A stretch of DNA of 64,000 nucleotides from an uncultured Candidatus Binatia bacterium (GTDB lineage: Bacteria > Desulfobacterota > Binatia > UBA9968 > JAJDTQ01): assembly GCA_965242525.1 (NCBI GenBank), contig OZ251459.1:3552001-3616000 (forward strand), given 5' to 3'. The position numbers were made by a program, and so were the translations under genes. Of the stretch, positions 62,811 to 64,000 are shown piece after piece. The notes beneath the pieces are model-generated. The model worked only from the letters and a program-made list of their open reading frames with translations, searched no databases and was not told the origin of the DNA. Position 1 is the stretch's first letter. Every line of letters starts with the position of its first letter.

Positions 62811-64000
62811 CATGGAGTATCCGCGGCAGGCGTTCGACCAGGTACAGCGGCAGCGACAGCAGCGGATACCGCACCTGCTCGGAACCGCGGCCGCGCCGAA
62901 CCCGGGTGTCCACCGTTTGCAGCGACGGAGGGTTGACGTCGAAACGGACGGCCAGGGGCACGCGCTTCTCGGCCACGAACTGGTGCAGGGACTTCAAGGA
63001 GCCGGCGCGTCCGGCCTTCACCTCCATGGGCACGATATGGCCGCCGAACTCCGCCACGTAGTCCACCTCGGCGTTGTTCGACCGGCCCTCGCGGAGCCAG
63101 TAGGTGAGTTCGCGGTTCGGTCGTTGGGCGAGCAGGTATTGCAGGTGCTGGCCGATGAACTGCTCGGCGCCGGAGCCGGCGTTGACGAGGTCCGTGTCGG
63201 GCCGCGACGCCATGCTCTCCCAGCCGAGGCCGCAGACGGCGTTCATCAGGCCCACGTCGAGGAAGACCAGCTTGAAGACGTTGTCCTTGGCGTCGGCCTG
63301 GAGCGGCAGACCCGAGCAATGGCTGTGGGTCACCTTGGCGATGACCCGGGCCATGGCCAGGATCTCCACGTCCCGGCGGATGGTGGCGCTCTGCTCGTCG
63401 GGCGAGACGTTGCTGTACTTCACCTTGCAACCCGCCTGGCGCGCGGCGAAGTTGAACACGCGCAGCATCCGGGTGAGGTCGCGGCGGGCGGCGTACTTGG
63501 GGAAGTCGTCGCGATACGTTTCGAGGATGCCGGCGTGGACGGCGCTGACGGCTCGCAGGCTGGCGGACTCGGCATACACGCTGACGGCCTCCGGCATGCC
63601 GCCCACGAACTGGTAGAGGCGCAGGGATTCGAGCAGCCGGCGGTGGACCAGGGGGTCGATAGGGGGCGCTCCGCGGCCGGACGGCCACTCGAAACCCTCG
63701 ACCTCGCCGGCGAGGCGGTCCTTGCCGGTGGCCTTGAGGAACTCGGTGAACGTCATCGGCCCCATGTTCAGGTACTCCACCCGTCCCACCGGCATGGGGA
63801 AGGCCTGCTCGGCCAGCGCGAACTCCGTCAGGGAGCCCGCGGCGATGACGGGACGATCGGGCGTTTCCTCCAGAAAATAGCGGAGCGAAGCAAGGGCGCG
63901 GGGCGCGGCTTGTATCTCGTCGATGAACAGCACCCCGCGGGGCGGCAGCGGCGCGTTCGTCACCGCCTCGACCAGGTTGAGCAGCGCAGCCGGGTCCGTG
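62785..64000 (-). CDS. AAA_14 ATPase with DUF4143 domain, 5' end beyond the window
   Basis: LFIDEIQ, AAGSL, PVGRVE, VGGMPEAV, DVGL, EVDY...PMEVKAG. Confidence 0.9.
   Translation of the reverse strand, partial: TDPAALLNLVEAVTNAPLPPRGVLFIDEIQAAPRALASLRYFLEETPDRPVIAAGSLTEFALAEQAFPMPVGRVEYLNMGPMTFTEFLKATGKDRLAGEVEGFEWPSGRGAPPIDPLVHRRLLESLRLYQFVGGMPEAVSVYAESASLRAVSAVHAGILETYRDDFPKYAARRDLTRMLRVFNFAARQAGCKVKYSNVSPDEQSATIRRDVEILAMARVIAKVTHSHCSGLPLQADAKDNVFKLVFLDVGLMNAVCGLGWESMASRPDTDLVNAGSGAEQFIGQHLQYLLAQRPNRELTYWLREGRSNNAEVDYVAEFGGHIVPMEVKAGRAGSLKSLHQFVAEKRVPLAVRFDVNPPSLQTVDTRVRRGRGSEQVRYPLLSLPLYLVERLPRILHGNVRSNPA

Overview
GC-rich bacterial chromosomal window. It opens with the distal part of a type I restriction-modification locus: a partial hsdS, a lower-GC insert, an ABC-ATPase/TOPRIM gene, two internally deleted AlbA_2/DUF4062-HATPase remnants, hsdR and a ygjP-like gene. 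The rest is housekeeping and catabolic genes: radA, dinB, hemE, hemY, form II coxSLM, accBC, recQ, avtA, amidohydrolases, an aldolase, ABC/MFS/TTT transporters and two toxin-antitoxin pairs. Two selenoprotein genes are split by the ORF track at in-frame UGA codons: grdA (CFV-U, next to grdC) and selD (AAG-U-AAK, in a selA-selB-selD cluster). Each has a candidate SECIS hairpin. The most striking unexplained structure is a set of nested non-autonomous repeats. (A) IS5-like MITEs with 4-bp target duplications: one lies in frame inside hemY, and two rewrite gene junctions. (B) Inverted GTCATTCCCGCGAAAGCGGGAATCCA palindromes that bracket decayed GIY-YIG nuclease fragments, resembling REPINs. (C) A third family with long terminal inverted repeats. 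I saw no CRISPR array, rRNA, tRNA, integrase or intact transposase. Product names come from motif recognition by eye; no database search was run.
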